A stretch of 64,000 nt of DNA from IMG/VR virus record IMGVR_UViG_3300028393_000021. One strand, 5' to 3'. Within the stretch, counting starts at the first letter, position 1. Every line of letters begins with the position of its first letter. Origin of the DNA: a virus. The translations under genes were made by a program, and so were the position numbers. The notes beneath the pieces were generated by a model. It was not told the DNA's origin. It worked only from the letters and a program-made list of their open reading frames with translations, and ran no database searches. Shown in pieces: positions 8,431 through 17,775 of this stretch.

Positions 8431-9116
8431 AATTTCATCCATTCATTGTCTTGTATTGGAATCCAACCTTTTCTAAAATACTTTATCATATTCATAAAAG
8501 GCCCTGCCTCTTTGCCGTCATCTTTCCAGTTATAATTTTTATTCATAGTCAATCCGTATAACTTACAATACGATGGTTTATTATTGTTAATCCATATATT
8601 GTAAATCTCATCGGCTCTTTTCCATAATGCTCGAGTAACATCGGTCGCCCTAGGATGATTCCAGGGCTTGACTCCAGCATTTGGATTCTTTTCGCCGCGC
8701 TTTGCTTCAGACATGGATTTCAATCCAGATTCTGTAAAACACGATGCATCAAAAGGCATACCAAATTTCCAATGTGCAGATCCCCTTGGCTGATTTTTTC
8801 CAGGATTATTAGGACCACGCATATATTCGGAATATTGTCGTTTTAGCCAACCATATGCTTTATTGTTACGTTGTACATTGCTGTTTGATGATACCATAAA
8901 CATAGCGGCTTTGACAAGGCGTATATTGTTAGGATGTATTTTAACTAACAACAGATGACACAAGTAATGTTCTTCTGGTGTAAGTGATACTAAGTTAGTT
9001 GCTTCATCTGTTCCTTCCATACATCGTGGAACAATATGATGCTTTTCCTTATATCCTTCTAATATTCTGTTTTGTCCTCTCCTTATTATATTATTATATA
9101 TTTTTTGGTAATCCAT
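8427..9116 (-). mobile_element. Free-standing HNH homing endonuclease, MobE-like
   Basis: MDYQKIYNNII...EKHHIVPRCMEG...NLVSLTPEEHYLCHLLL; located between nrdA and nrdB like T4 mobE. Confidence 0.85.
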
Positions 9117-9163
9117 ACAAGTCTCCTGTAAGTTTATTTATCACAACTTACAGAAAACTTATA
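9116..9163 (-). promoter_or_regulatory. RBS-sequestering hairpin with a late promoter in its loop
   Basis: 19 contiguous pairs (16 Watson-Crick + 3 G-U) between 9163-9145 and 9134-9116, covering GGAG and the A of AUG; loop GUGAUAAAUA. Confidence 0.8.
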
Positions 9164-9172
9164 ATTTACAAC

Positions 9173-10153
9173 TCAAAGTTTGCAGGCTAAACAATCCTCT
9201 TCTTCTTCATATATTGTAACAGGTTCTGCTGTTACTAATCTATCACTTTGTGTATTTAAAATATTCTTACTGCCCACTTTATCTATCAGACTATAGTACA
9301 TTGTCTTTAAACCCCACTTGTAGGCCAACATTAAATTCTTTGCTATTAATGTGCCCGGCACCTTGCCATCTTTAAAATGCCTTGGACTATAGAATGTATT
9401 AGTACTCAAACTTTGATCAACATACACTGCAAGTACAGCGGATGTCTTTAAGTATTCAACACAATCCTTTTGATCCCACATCATTTGATAACGATTCTTT
9501 AAACGGCGATATTCTGGAACCACTTGTACAAAACTACCTGCCTTGCTTTCTTTAACACTGATCAGTTCCATGGGCATTTCAATACCATTGGTAGAATTTA
9601 ATACAACACTACTAGACTCAACAGGAGCAACTGCCATAAGTGTAGCATTACGAATACCATACTTGATCATACGAGCACGTAGTGGTTCCCAATCCATGCT
9701 AGAAGTAAAGTCAGTTAATTCGTTAACACCGTTGGCTCTACGTTCCCAAGGAAATACTCCCCGACCGTAGTAAGTGTGTTCGCTACGCAGACAGGGGCCG
9801 CGCTCTTGGGCCAATTCCACACTGGTTTCGGTTAGGTAGTATGCCTGGTGTTCCATCCAACGTTTGACTTCGGCCAGTGCTTCAGGTGTTCCATACTTGA
9901 AACTTTTGCGAGCATGCCAGTAGGCCAGATTTGTGATGCCAACTCCCAACGGTTCAAAGTCTTCGTTAGCCAGTTTACTTTGAATGCTCAAGAAGTCTTG
10001 ATACTGCAATAGGTTGCTTAAACTACGCACCAGCACACGACAGGCTTTTCTCATTTCCTGTGGATTACGGAACGCTCCCCAATTGATTGATCCCAACGTG
10101 CATAAGGCTATCTTTGGTACAGCTCGTGTACATTCTTTTTTAACTATTTTCAT
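9173..10153 (-). CDS. nrdA: Ribonucleotide reductase alpha subunit, C-terminal fragment (NrdA-b) with a 14-aa N-terminal tail
   Basis: MKIVKKECTRAVPK then IALCTLGSINWG (C462-equivalent), LGVGITNLA, AVAPVESSS, GLKTMYY, C-terminal CLAC. Confidence 0.92.
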   Translation of the reverse strand: MKIVKKECTRAVPKIALCTLGSINWGAFRNPQEMRKACRVLVRSLSNLLQYQDFLSIQSKLANEDFEPLGVGITNLAYWHARKSFKYGTPEALAEVKRWMEHQAYYLTETSVELAQERGPCLRSEHTYYGRGVFPWERRANGVNELTDFTSSMDWEPLRARMIKYGIRNATLMAVAPVESSSVVLNSTNGIEMPMELISVKESKAGSFVQVVPEYRRLKNRYQMMWDQKDCVEYLKTSAVLAVYVDQSLSTNTFYSPRHFKDGKVPGTLIAKNLMLAYKWGLKTMYYSLIDKVGSKNILNTQSDRLVTAEPVTIYEEEEDCLACKL

Positions 10154-10367
10154 TTTTTAATGTTCTTCCTCTATAATAATTTTTATTTTCTTCTAGAAAA
10201 TTATCCATAATAGATAACTCAATCCTGCAATTTGCTGTCCCATTAGTCACCCAGATCCATTTTGCTGACTGCGATGATAAGTGTTTTTTATGTTCCGAAC
10301 TTCTATAATATGGATTATACTTAACCCAGTTATCGGGCGCTAGTTCATTATTAATTAATTGAACCAA
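10140..10367 (-). pseudogene. Probable degenerate homing endonuclease remnant between the nrdA fragments
   Basis: TTG-start 75-aa frame without clear RBS, ending WIWVTNGT...FLEEN..YYRGR, a C-terminal module typical of phage endonucleases; no catalytic motif. Confidence 0.5.
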
Positions 10368-10396
10368 TTTTGTCTGAAATACTATTACCCACTAAA

Positions 10397-11911
10397 TTAT
10401 ATTAACAAATCTCCGATATCATCTGTTTCATCTAGTTCTCGAACCTTTTTACGATTTCCATCTTTAAGCAACACTTTATGTTCGCCGGGCAGAGTTAATT
10501 CTTCCCCGGTGTCGAGAGTGATCTTAAATTCACCTTCGTCGTCAATTCTTTGAAATGGATAAGTTGGAAGTAAAATTTCCATACACAAATTCGATTGATA
10601 TATTGGATCCACCGTTGTGTCAAACGGGCCCTGGTTGATGACATTGTCGATATTGACAAGATATATGCGCCCAGTATCAGTACGTTCTTTAAGGATTCCA
10701 GCTTTGAATATCGCATCCGCCGATACAACTTTCTTTTTAACTTTCTTGTCCTGCTCATATTGTAGGTATAACCTTTCGAACTCTTTACTGTCTCTGTAGT
10801 AGGCTTCGTATAGATCCGGAACTTCATGAGGATCAAACAACGTCATCATTTCACCACGTTTATAACGGTTCCAGAACATGGCATTAACTACCACTGAGTA
10901 ATCCATTTGACGCACACGAGTTTCATCAGTACCTTGATTGTTCTTTAATACAATAAGATCTTCAAACTGTGCGTGCCAAATGGGGAATGTAACTGTACAG
11001 CTGGCGTTACGAATTCCGCCCTGCGAGCATGATCTCAAATCTGCAAACCATTTCTTCAAGAAAGGTATCATTCCAGTATGCTTGATCTCACCATTGCGAA
11101 TAGGTGCACCTAAGGGTCTGATTCTGCCTATTTCGAGACCAATTCCGGCTCGTTTTGAGGCATATTTGGCCATCATTTCGCCGCTAGCAAAGATACTGTC
11201 TAAAGTGTCATCTGACGTTATCAATACACACGAGCTAAATTGTTTGGTGGTTGTTCCTAATCCTGCTAGTACCGGAGTAGCTAATGTAAAGTGTCCACTA
11301 CTAGCACATTCATAATATTCTTTTACAAGTTTTAATCTTGTTTCCTTGGGTTCATTATGAAAAGCTGTTGCGGCTGCAATAGCATAACGTACCTGCGGAG
11401 TTTCATAGACCTGTCCAGTGGCACGATTTTGTACAAGATACTTTTCTGTTAACTGTGCTATCGCAGCAAATGTGTATGTTTCATCTTTATCATGGTCGAT
11501 GAAAAGATCAATGATATCCCATTCATCTTCTGTGTACCAATCTAGCAATTTGCTAGTGTACATGCCTGCCTCTGTATTTGTTTGTACAATGCTATAAAGT
11601 TTAGGAGGGTCGTATTTACCATAGACTTCTTTGCGTAGCATACTAACACGCTGACGTCCTGCTACGTATTGGTAATTGACATTGTTAATTTCTGGATTTT
11701 CTGTTTCATCTATCAAATTAACCATAGCTTTAAGCAATAGTTCATCTATAGTTTCTGTGGTCATTCCGTCATGGAGTTCAATTTGAGCTTTGATTTCGAT
11801 CATTGATGGACTAACTCCATCAATTCCTCGGCATGCATGTGCTACTTGTCTTTGTATTTTTTCAATGTCCAATGGAACACGTTGTCCATTACGTTTGACC
11901 ACTGTGATCAT
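10397..11911 (-). CDS. nrdA: Ribonucleotide reductase alpha subunit, N-terminal fragment (NrdA-a) with a 43-aa C-terminal tail
   Basis: ATP cone (VVKRNG...DIEKI), FSSCVLI (C225-eq), SCSQGGIRNAS, QSNLCMEI (C439/E441-eq), followed by non-RNR tail FKITLDTG...DLLI*. Confidence 0.93.
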   Translation of the reverse strand: MITVVKRNGQRVPLDIEKIQRQVAHACRGIDGVSPSMIEIKAQIELHDGMTTETIDELLLKAMVNLIDETENPEINNVNYQYVAGRQRVSMLRKEVYGKYDPPKLYSIVQTNTEAGMYTSKLLDWYTEDEWDIIDLFIDHDKDETYTFAAIAQLTEKYLVQNRATGQVYETPQVRYAIAAATAFHNEPKETRLKLVKEYYECASSGHFTLATPVLAGLGTTTKQFSSCVLITSDDTLDSIFASGEMMAKYASKRAGIGLEIGRIRPLGAPIRNGEIKHTGMIPFLKKWFADLRSCSQGGIRNASCTVTFPIWHAQFEDLIVLKNNQGTDETRVRQMDYSVVVNAMFWNRYKRGEMMTLFDPHEVPDLYEAYYRDSKEFERLYLQYEQDKKVKKKVVSADAIFKAGILKERTDTGRIYLVNIDNVINQGPFDTTVDPIYQSNLCMEILLPTYPFQRIDDEGEFKITLDTGEELTLPGEHKVLLKDGNRKKVRELDETDDIGDLLI

Positions 11912-11942
11912 TAATTACCTCTTTTATCGATATAGATGATAT

Positions 11943-12377
11943 TTATCTAGGACTACTTACTTCAATTAGGTTTTCAATGCTAACTGAATCGGGAATGTTT
12001 TTTAAGGTAATTGGACCGTTATCGTTATAGTTTATAACCCACGTGTCATCTATATATATTACATTATACTCTCTAGTTTGGTTAAGGTCAACTAATGTTT
12101 TAAGTTCTATTTTTGAATCTTTGTATTTTTTTGTCAATTTTAACGTCCAGCCTATCATCAAAGCCTTGGTAAAATCATCGTATTTGTTATTCACAATAAT
12201 TTCCCAAGGACTAGGCCAGCTTTGTTGATAGTAGGGATCTACTTTTGGATTGTGGGGAACAAAAGGAGCATGTCTCCAAAAATCACAAGTTTCTTGTAAT
12301 GGATCTGCAACTTCGTCTAATTGTTTTCTATGATTTGACCACTCTGTTAATCTATTGTCTATGGGCTGATTAAACAT
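11943..12377 (-). CDS. Conserved phage hypothetical protein
   Basis: 144-aa ORF between the virion gene and nrdA. Confidence 0.6.
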   Translation of the reverse strand: MFNQPIDNRLTEWSNHRKQLDEVADPLQETCDFWRHAPFVPHNPKVDPYYQQSWPSPWEIIVNNKYDDFTKALMIGWTLKLTKKYKDSKIELKTLVDLNQTREYNVIYIDDTWVINYNDNGPITLKNIPDSVSIENLIEVSSPR

Positions 12378-12384
12378 AGGTTCC

Positions 12385-14121
12385 TTATAACATTATTTTT
12401 GTTTGAAATTCCATAATAAATGATGTACTTGTACTGGGATTAACAACTAACACTTCTAGCGATTTTGTAGTACTATTAGCAATTAGGCCAAAGTATATCC
12501 CACCGTCAGCTCCTGCTGAATTATAATTATCCTGTAATGTCACATTATTTGGTGTTAGTCCCGGTCGTACATTTATATCTAGATTACCTGTTTTTGCACC
12601 AATAGGTGATGTAGATATACAATTATATTTTACAGTTATTGCTTGAGCGGCACCGGTTATGGGCAATCTCATAATTGTAGTTGATGTGCTGGTACTTAAT
12701 GATGCAGTGGTTATTGCTCTAAAATCTAATTCAGCTTTTCCTTGAATTAATGGATAATAAACAGTTGAGGTATTAAAGTTAGTATCGTGATAACGTTTTC
12801 TTTCAAAATAATCATTGATACTAACATTTCCATTAGTGGAAAAAATTATAACTGGCTCAACTGCTACCCTCTCAGTTCCTCCGTTAGTGTTACCCACATT
12901 GATGTACGAATTATTTTCACTAATAAAATTATGTGATTCCACACTGGTATTGGTTCCTATAAAAATTGCTTGATGTTCTATACCCTGAAATTTATTATTA
13001 ACTGCTCTATAATAATTAGGACCAACAGTGGCTAGTAAGTGTGTAGTGGTGTTTAATGCTATACCATATGATGAAGCTAAAAAATTATTATTTTGAATCA
13101 CAACATGATTAGTATCATAATTTGATCTTATACCATAATATAAACCATTAAATTCACAATTATCTATTAAAATATTTTCAGAAGTAACAGCACTGTATCC
13201 TCGTAAATTTATTCCTGTAGGCAAATTTCCACCAAGACCAGACCAGGATAGTTGTCTTCCTTGTAATTTAATATTGCGTATTAATCCACCGGACACGCAA
13301 TCAAGACTAATTAAACTTAAATGTGGCGTAAATCCAGTTGAACTAGAATATCGTAATGTCATTCCTTCAATTTGAATATTATTGGGTTGCCCTGACCCTG
13401 ATATGCTTGTTACTGCATTATATTCAGTTGGATCAAACTTGCCCCAAGTTAATGGATTAATCCTTCTTCCATCATAATCCACGGTTTGAAAAATTCCCGA
13501 ACCTGTAGTGATATTTTCAATAATAGTTTTATCAATGCCTTCACCAATTAATACTGCTTTTCTAGGAAGGAAAATTGTTTGTCCTACTTTGTATATACCT
13601 GATTGAAAATTTAATTTTTTATTATATTTTAAAGTATTTCCAACATCCCAATGTGTAGAAGTTGTGAGAATATCAGTATCTAAATATAAATGATCTATAA
13701 CCATTTGAAGAGCCGCACTGCAATCTACAGGTGATGCGTCAGTTGATGGATAAACACCAAAATCAGCAACATTAACGATATCATCTAACTTATTTTGAAC
13801 TGTACGTTGTATTACTTGAAACAATGCATTGTTGATTGAAGTAGAGGTGGTAATTGTTGCTGCGTTATCACTTTCCCAAACATAATTTGTTAAAGTATTT
13901 AATAATCCTGTACTTACTATAGTGAATAGAGATTTAACATCATTTTCTGTTAATACTCGTATATTTGTGTTTCTAGATCCGCCGTCGTTGCGGTTAAGTC
14001 CAATATATAAATGTTCAGTGTCTGCGGCCCATGCAAATTCACCGCCGTCAAGTAGCGGGACTCCTGTTGTAGATTCTTTTCCTCTACGTACTTGAATTTT
14101 TGCAATTTCAACCACAGCCAT
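12385..14121 (-). CDS. Virion/tail protein: Mtd-N-like N-terminus plus pectin-lyase-like beta-helix
   Basis: KIQVRRG...L..GEFAWA.DT..LYIG; VNVADFG..DCSAALQ..ID; Asn-rich beta-helix repeats; TATAAATA at 14143-14150. Confidence 0.65.
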   Translation of the reverse strand: MAVVEIAKIQVRRGKESTTGVPLLDGGEFAWAADTEHLYIGLNRNDGGSRNTNIRVLTENDVKSLFTIVSTGLLNTLTNYVWESDNAATITTSTSINNALFQVIQRTVQNKLDDIVNVADFGVYPSTDASPVDCSAALQMVIDHLYLDTDILTTSTHWDVGNTLKYNKKLNFQSGIYKVGQTIFLPRKAVLIGEGIDKTIIENITTGSGIFQTVDYDGRRINPLTWGKFDPTEYNAVTSISGSGQPNNIQIEGMTLRYSSSTGFTPHLSLISLDCVSGGLIRNIKLQGRQLSWSGLGGNLPTGINLRGYSAVTSENILIDNCEFNGLYYGIRSNYDTNHVVIQNNNFLASSYGIALNTTTHLLATVGPNYYRAVNNKFQGIEHQAIFIGTNTSVESHNFISENNSYINVGNTNGGTERVAVEPVIIFSTNGNVSINDYFERKRYHDTNFNTSTVYYPLIQGKAELDFRAITTASLSTSTSTTIMRLPITGAAQAITVKYNCISTSPIGAKTGNLDINVRPGLTPNNVTLQDNYNSAGADGGIYFGLIANSTTKSLEVLVVNPSTSTSFIMEFQTKIML

Positions 14122-14169
14122 AATAATATCCCCTATATAGGATATTTATACGTTTAGTAAAAATTGATA

Positions 14170-14862
14170 TTAAGCGGGTAAAGCGTAATATTCTTCAACT
14201 TTACCAAGCCAAGCATCTTGCCACTTGTTGAAGTCTTTTGGCTCTAATGTAAATTGTTGGTATTGTAAATCTCTGCTACACATGAATATAACACCCTTGC
14301 GAATGTTAGTTTTGTACACTTCATTGTGTGCCAGTATATATGCCATCAATTGCAAATAGTAATCATCTACCCAAGCGGCTTTTTTTGGCTTGTTGGTTTG
14401 CTTGTGGTCACACACTGCTGGCTCATCTTGATGAATACCAATTAAGTCAGTAGTACCACTATACAGTCCAGGGAAGTAAAGACTTTGTTCCATGGCCCAA
14501 ACTTCACTCATTTTACTGAGTCCGTTCTCAATAATAATGTCTGCCATTTTGTTAGCCTGCACATGTACAGGATTACTACCTGGTTGTCTTTGTTCACCGA
14601 TTAAGAATCGTTCTAAATTGGCATGCATTGCAGTCCCCACGCCTGCTGCTTCTGTAGTAATCTGCTGTGCTTTGGCATGCCCGATTCTATCACGCCATTG
14701 ATTTAAATGTGTCATATCTTTAGTAGCACCAAGGATAGTGGTCACGCTGGGCAACTTTTCACCGTCGGGCGTCCTGTAAACTCGCTTACGAGTTACTGGA
14801 TCATTTATTTGGACACAATTTTTATATTGGAAACGTTCGACGAACGGAGGAGGAGTATACAT
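14170..14862 (-). CDS. PD-(D/E)XK exonuclease
   Basis: LPSVTTIL, GTAMHANLE, EQSL, YSGTTDLIG, CDHKQT, YYLQLMAY; start placed at ATG 14862. Confidence 0.85.
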   Translation of the reverse strand: MYTPPPFVERFQYKNCVQINDPVTRKRVYRTPDGEKLPSVTTILGATKDMTHLNQWRDRIGHAKAQQITTEAAGVGTAMHANLERFLIGEQRQPGSNPVHVQANKMADIIIENGLSKMSEVWAMEQSLYFPGLYSGTTDLIGIHQDEPAVCDHKQTNKPKKAAWVDDYYLQLMAYILAHNEVYKTNIRKGVIFMCSRDLQYQQFTLEPKDFNKWQDAWLGKVEEYYALPA

Positions 14863-14869
14863 AGTATTA

Positions 14870-14898
14870 ATTATAATACCACGTAATCTTAAAGTCAA
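14870..14898 (-). promoter_or_regulatory. sigma70 promoter predicted to give a leaderless exonuclease mRNA
   Basis: TTGACT-N17-TATAAT-TAATACT-ATG; no RBS. Confidence 0.7.
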
Positions 14899-15236
14899 AT
14901 ATCTGGTTTTAAATTCTTAGCGTTTCTAGATGCCATTGCATCTACAGTGGGGCTTGCCCCAGGTGCTGGAGGAGTTTGATCTGGTCTTTGTGTTTTTGTT
15001 TTGAGAGTAACTGTACCATTATCATCAATCTTTTTAATAATATCGCCAGCTGGATCAACTGCATTTTTTAGTGCAATCAATCCATCAATGTCACTGATTC
15101 CAAGATCCATTCTTTTAATTATTTGCATAACAGCGGTAAAAGGCAACGTTGACGGTTGCCCTAACCTATCCGCTTCGCCTTTGATAACTGCTAGAACATC
15201 TCTAGCATCACCGACGTCTATTTCATACAATCTCAT
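14895..15236 (-). CDS. Hypothetical protein (MRLYEI... start), possible internal head protein
   Basis: ATG 15236 immediately after the upstream stop. Confidence 0.55.
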   Translation of the reverse strand: MRLYEIDVGDARDVLAVIKGEADRLGQPSTLPFTAVMQIIKRMDLGISDIDGLIALKNAVDPAGDIIKKIDDNGTVTLKTKTQRPDQTPPAPGASPTVDAMASRNAKNLKPDI

Positions 15237-15237
15237 A

Positions 15238-16650
15238 TTACTTGGCCAATGCACTTATTATATTATGCGACTCTTGAAGTTTTTGAGAAAATGTATTTTC
15301 ACGAATTTCACGACCTGTTGTGCCTGCACCTGCTGCTGCATCTGCTGCACCAAATTCATCACCTGCAGGTTCTGGATTCATTTCGTCAGGTGCGCTCATA
15401 TCCATGCCCGGTTCCATACCCATACCCATGTCAGCTGTGGCTTCACCTGCAAGTACTGCTACTGCATTACTAATTGCTTCACGCTGTTGTGTTAGCATTT
15501 CTAATGTTGAGCTCAATGCTGGAACAATTGCTGCCTTAAATGCTTCTGCTTCTTGCGCTCCAAAGTCTGCTTTGATGGCATCTGCTAATTCGATCAAAGT
15601 CTTGGTTTGATACTGGCCAACACGCTGCATCCAACTGGTGAAGTTATTGACCATATCGCCTGCACTGGTAATAGCTTTTGCTTTACCTTCTTCATCTTCT
15701 TGTAATAAGAAATCTAAACTTTCATTAACAAAACGTACATTGTGTTTGAAGTTGCTTTCTTCTAATGTACCAGCCTTGGCCTTGTTAGCACGGATTTTAC
15801 CTGCTACACGTTCACCAGCCTCTTTGCTACCATAACGCTTGCCTGCATCCTTAGCAATCTTTTTAAACATCTTACCTGGTTTGCCTTCGTCTTTACCTTC
15901 CATTGTACCCATGCATTCTTTGCAATCACAATCTTTAGGATGTGCATCATCTTCACCTAGTGGCTTTTTGTCTTTTTTAGCAGGCATTGTAGTTGCTGGA
16001 CGACGGGCGTCTTCTGGTGGCTTTTTATAATCAGATTGATTGCCATAGGATTTGCCTTTAACTGTTTTACTCGGTAAATCAGACATTTTAACTTCTTTGA
16101 TTTTCTTTTCTGGGTCAGCATCTGCTTTTGTATGCTTCTTAGTGTAGATTGTTCCACCAGTTTGCGGATTTGGCTTTTTATCAAACTTGCCAGTAGTCTT
16201 TTCCTTTTCGGCGCGAGCTTGAGCATCAGCCACCGTAGGAAATTCTTCTTTGACTTTGGTATCTTTCGTAGCGCCACTAGCCTTCAAGCGAGCAATTTGC
16301 ACATCCTTGAAATCATTTTTGCCATCTTTGTTCTGGTCTACTTTTTTACCTTCGCTTAGTTGTGCCATTTTGTCACGTAGTTTTTGCATTTGTTCGCCTA
16401 GCATTTCTTTAATCCTTGTGTTTAACAAGTCCAGCATGGCCTTGTCTTTTTGGTATGTTTCATTGGTTAGCAAGTCGTTAATACTTACTCGTCCCTCTTG
16501 TTGGAATACCTTTGTGCGAAGTTTATTTCGCATATCTTCTAATTGTTCTCTAGAATACTTTGATATATTGACATTGACACCAAACATTTTATTCATGTTT
16601 TCTTTTAGCTGCGAACTTGTTAGTTTTTTTCTAAAATCACTTGTTTTCAT
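15238..16650 (-). CDS. Charged, low-complexity protein; possible prohead core/internal protein
   Basis: 470 aa, K/E-rich, many [ILV]-x-E motifs; function inferred only. Confidence 0.45.
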   Translation of the reverse strand: MKTSDFRKKLTSSQLKENMNKMFGVNVNISKYSREQLEDMRNKLRTKVFQQEGRVSINDLLTNETYQKDKAMLDLLNTRIKEMLGEQMQKLRDKMAQLSEGKKVDQNKDGKNDFKDVQIARLKASGATKDTKVKEEFPTVADAQARAEKEKTTGKFDKKPNPQTGGTIYTKKHTKADADPEKKIKEVKMSDLPSKTVKGKSYGNQSDYKKPPEDARRPATTMPAKKDKKPLGEDDAHPKDCDCKECMGTMEGKDEGKPGKMFKKIAKDAGKRYGSKEAGERVAGKIRANKAKAGTLEESNFKHNVRFVNESLDFLLQEDEEGKAKAITSAGDMVNNFTSWMQRVGQYQTKTLIELADAIKADFGAQEAEAFKAAIVPALSSTLEMLTQQREAISNAVAVLAGEATADMGMGMEPGMDMSAPDEMNPEPAGDEFGAADAAAGAGTTGREIRENTFSQKLQESHNIISALAK

Positions 16651-16682
16651 AATATTGGTTCCAAAAGAATAGTTAACTTTAT

Positions 16683-17153
16683 TTATCTGAATCTTAATAG
16701 TTTCTCAAAATCATTAACAATGGTTTTCTTGTGTTGTTCTCGCTTATATTTGGCAATATTATATTTGGTAAACATAATTTCAGCTCTGTCAATATTCTTT
16801 GATTTAATGTTTTTTTCCGCTAACATTTTATGTAATTCTTCTTCAAATAGTGCATGACCATAGTTTCTGTCAGCATTTAATATCTCATCATCTATGTATT
16901 TTCCAAGGGCAAGTTTATTGGCCAACAATGCAGCAGATTGTGGGAGATTAATAAAATCAACTACTACATCATTACAATAATTTAAAATGCTATAAAATCC
17001 AGTTTTAGATTTTTTAATCTTATAATTCCCTAAGATGATAGTTCCATCTTCAGCCTTAGATGGGATTGCAATGCCTTGTTTTTGTAATTTTGTTTTTACT
17101 TTTTCGGCAAGATCTTTGACTTGTTGATATACATCATCGAGATTTTTTTTCAT
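16683..17153 (-). CDS. Hypothetical protein
   Basis: 156-aa ORF in a late operon. Confidence 0.6.
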   Translation of the reverse strand: MKKNLDDVYQQVKDLAEKVKTKLQKQGIAIPSKAEDGTIILGNYKIKKSKTGFYSILNYCNDVVVDFINLPQSAALLANKLALGKYIDDEILNADRNYGHALFEEELHKMLAEKNIKSKNIDRAEIMFTKYNIAKYKREQHKKTIVNDFEKLLRFR

Positions 17154-17346
17154 CTATTTTCTTTATCAATGTTTGGTTATTATTACTTATTGAGTAAATT
17201 CCTTTTCTCACTAAGTTTTGGGCAAGCCATTGATCGCGATCACTCATAGCATCAATGGATATGTGTGATCTATGATTCTCTACAAATTGCTGTTCTTGAT
17301 TTGTGAGAATAATATCCATTCCAGATAGTAACTGTGCTATTTTCAT
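17134..17346 (-). CDS. Hypothetical protein
   Basis: 70-aa ORF overlapping both neighbours. Confidence 0.55.
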   Translation of the reverse strand: MKIAQLLSGMDIILTNQEQQFVENHRSHISIDAMSDRDQWLAQNLVRKGIYSISNNNQTLIKKIDEKKSR

Positions 17347-17774
17347 ACTCGGGCAGGTGTACTAGGTTGTGCTGGCGGGGAGGCGGGATTAAGAATTTGT
17401 TTTTGTAGCTGATCATATTTTAATTTCAATGCATTAAATTGATCAGACATAGCCTGCATACCTTGTTTTATCTCCGGACTGGGTGTAGCAGGAGTAGCAG
17501 TTGCATTAGGTTGTTGATTGCCCAAAGTGGGCTGAGGTGCCTTACCCGGAGGAGGTACAGCTTGTTGAGAATTTTGCTGTTGAGTCGGTGCTGCAGGTTG
17601 CGGTTGTCCTGGCACAGCTGGTGCCTGTTGTTGCGGAGGTGTATTGGGATTAGCAGCAGGTTGCGGTTGTCCTGGCACAGCTGGTGCCTGTTGTTGCGGA
17701 GGTGTATTGGGATTAGCAGCAGGTTGTGTGCTTGATCCTACAGGTATAGCTTCAACTAATTCTTGTATCCGCAT
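17343..17774 (-). CDS. Pro/Gln-rich low-complexity protein (MRIQELVE start)
   Basis: 143 aa with an internal 21-aa duplication. Confidence 0.6.
   Translation of the reverse strand: MRIQELVEAIPVGSSTQPAANPNTPPQQQAPAVPGQPQPAANPNTPPQQQAPAVPGQPQPAAPTQQQNSQQAVPPPGKAPQPTLGNQQPNATATPATPSPEIKQGMQAMSDQFNALKLKYDQLQKQILNPASPPAQPSTPARV
17593..17726. repeat. Perfect 63-bp tandem duplication (2 copies + 8 bp)
   Basis: 17593-17655 = 17656-17718; encodes AANPNTPPQQQAPAVPGQPQP twice. Confidence 0.95.
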
Positions 17775-17775
17775 A

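Noticed and set aside
10154-10396. Group I intron between the nrdA fragments
   Set aside because: No recognisable P7 core (R/S elements) and the junctions do not give a clean U|...G| splice restoring the protein.
10145-10402. Stop read-through, recoded stop codons or ribosomal bypass joining nrdA-a and nrdA-b (same frame, ATA codons on both sides)
   Set aside because: Several in-frame TAA and TAG stops intervene, the gap (~250 nt) is far longer than the 50-nt T4 gene 60 bypass, and other genes read normally in code 11.
10112-10528. Canonical protein-splicing split intein in nrdA
   Set aside because: No Cys/Ser at the N-junction, no block F, no terminal His-Asn, and the +1 residue would be Ile.
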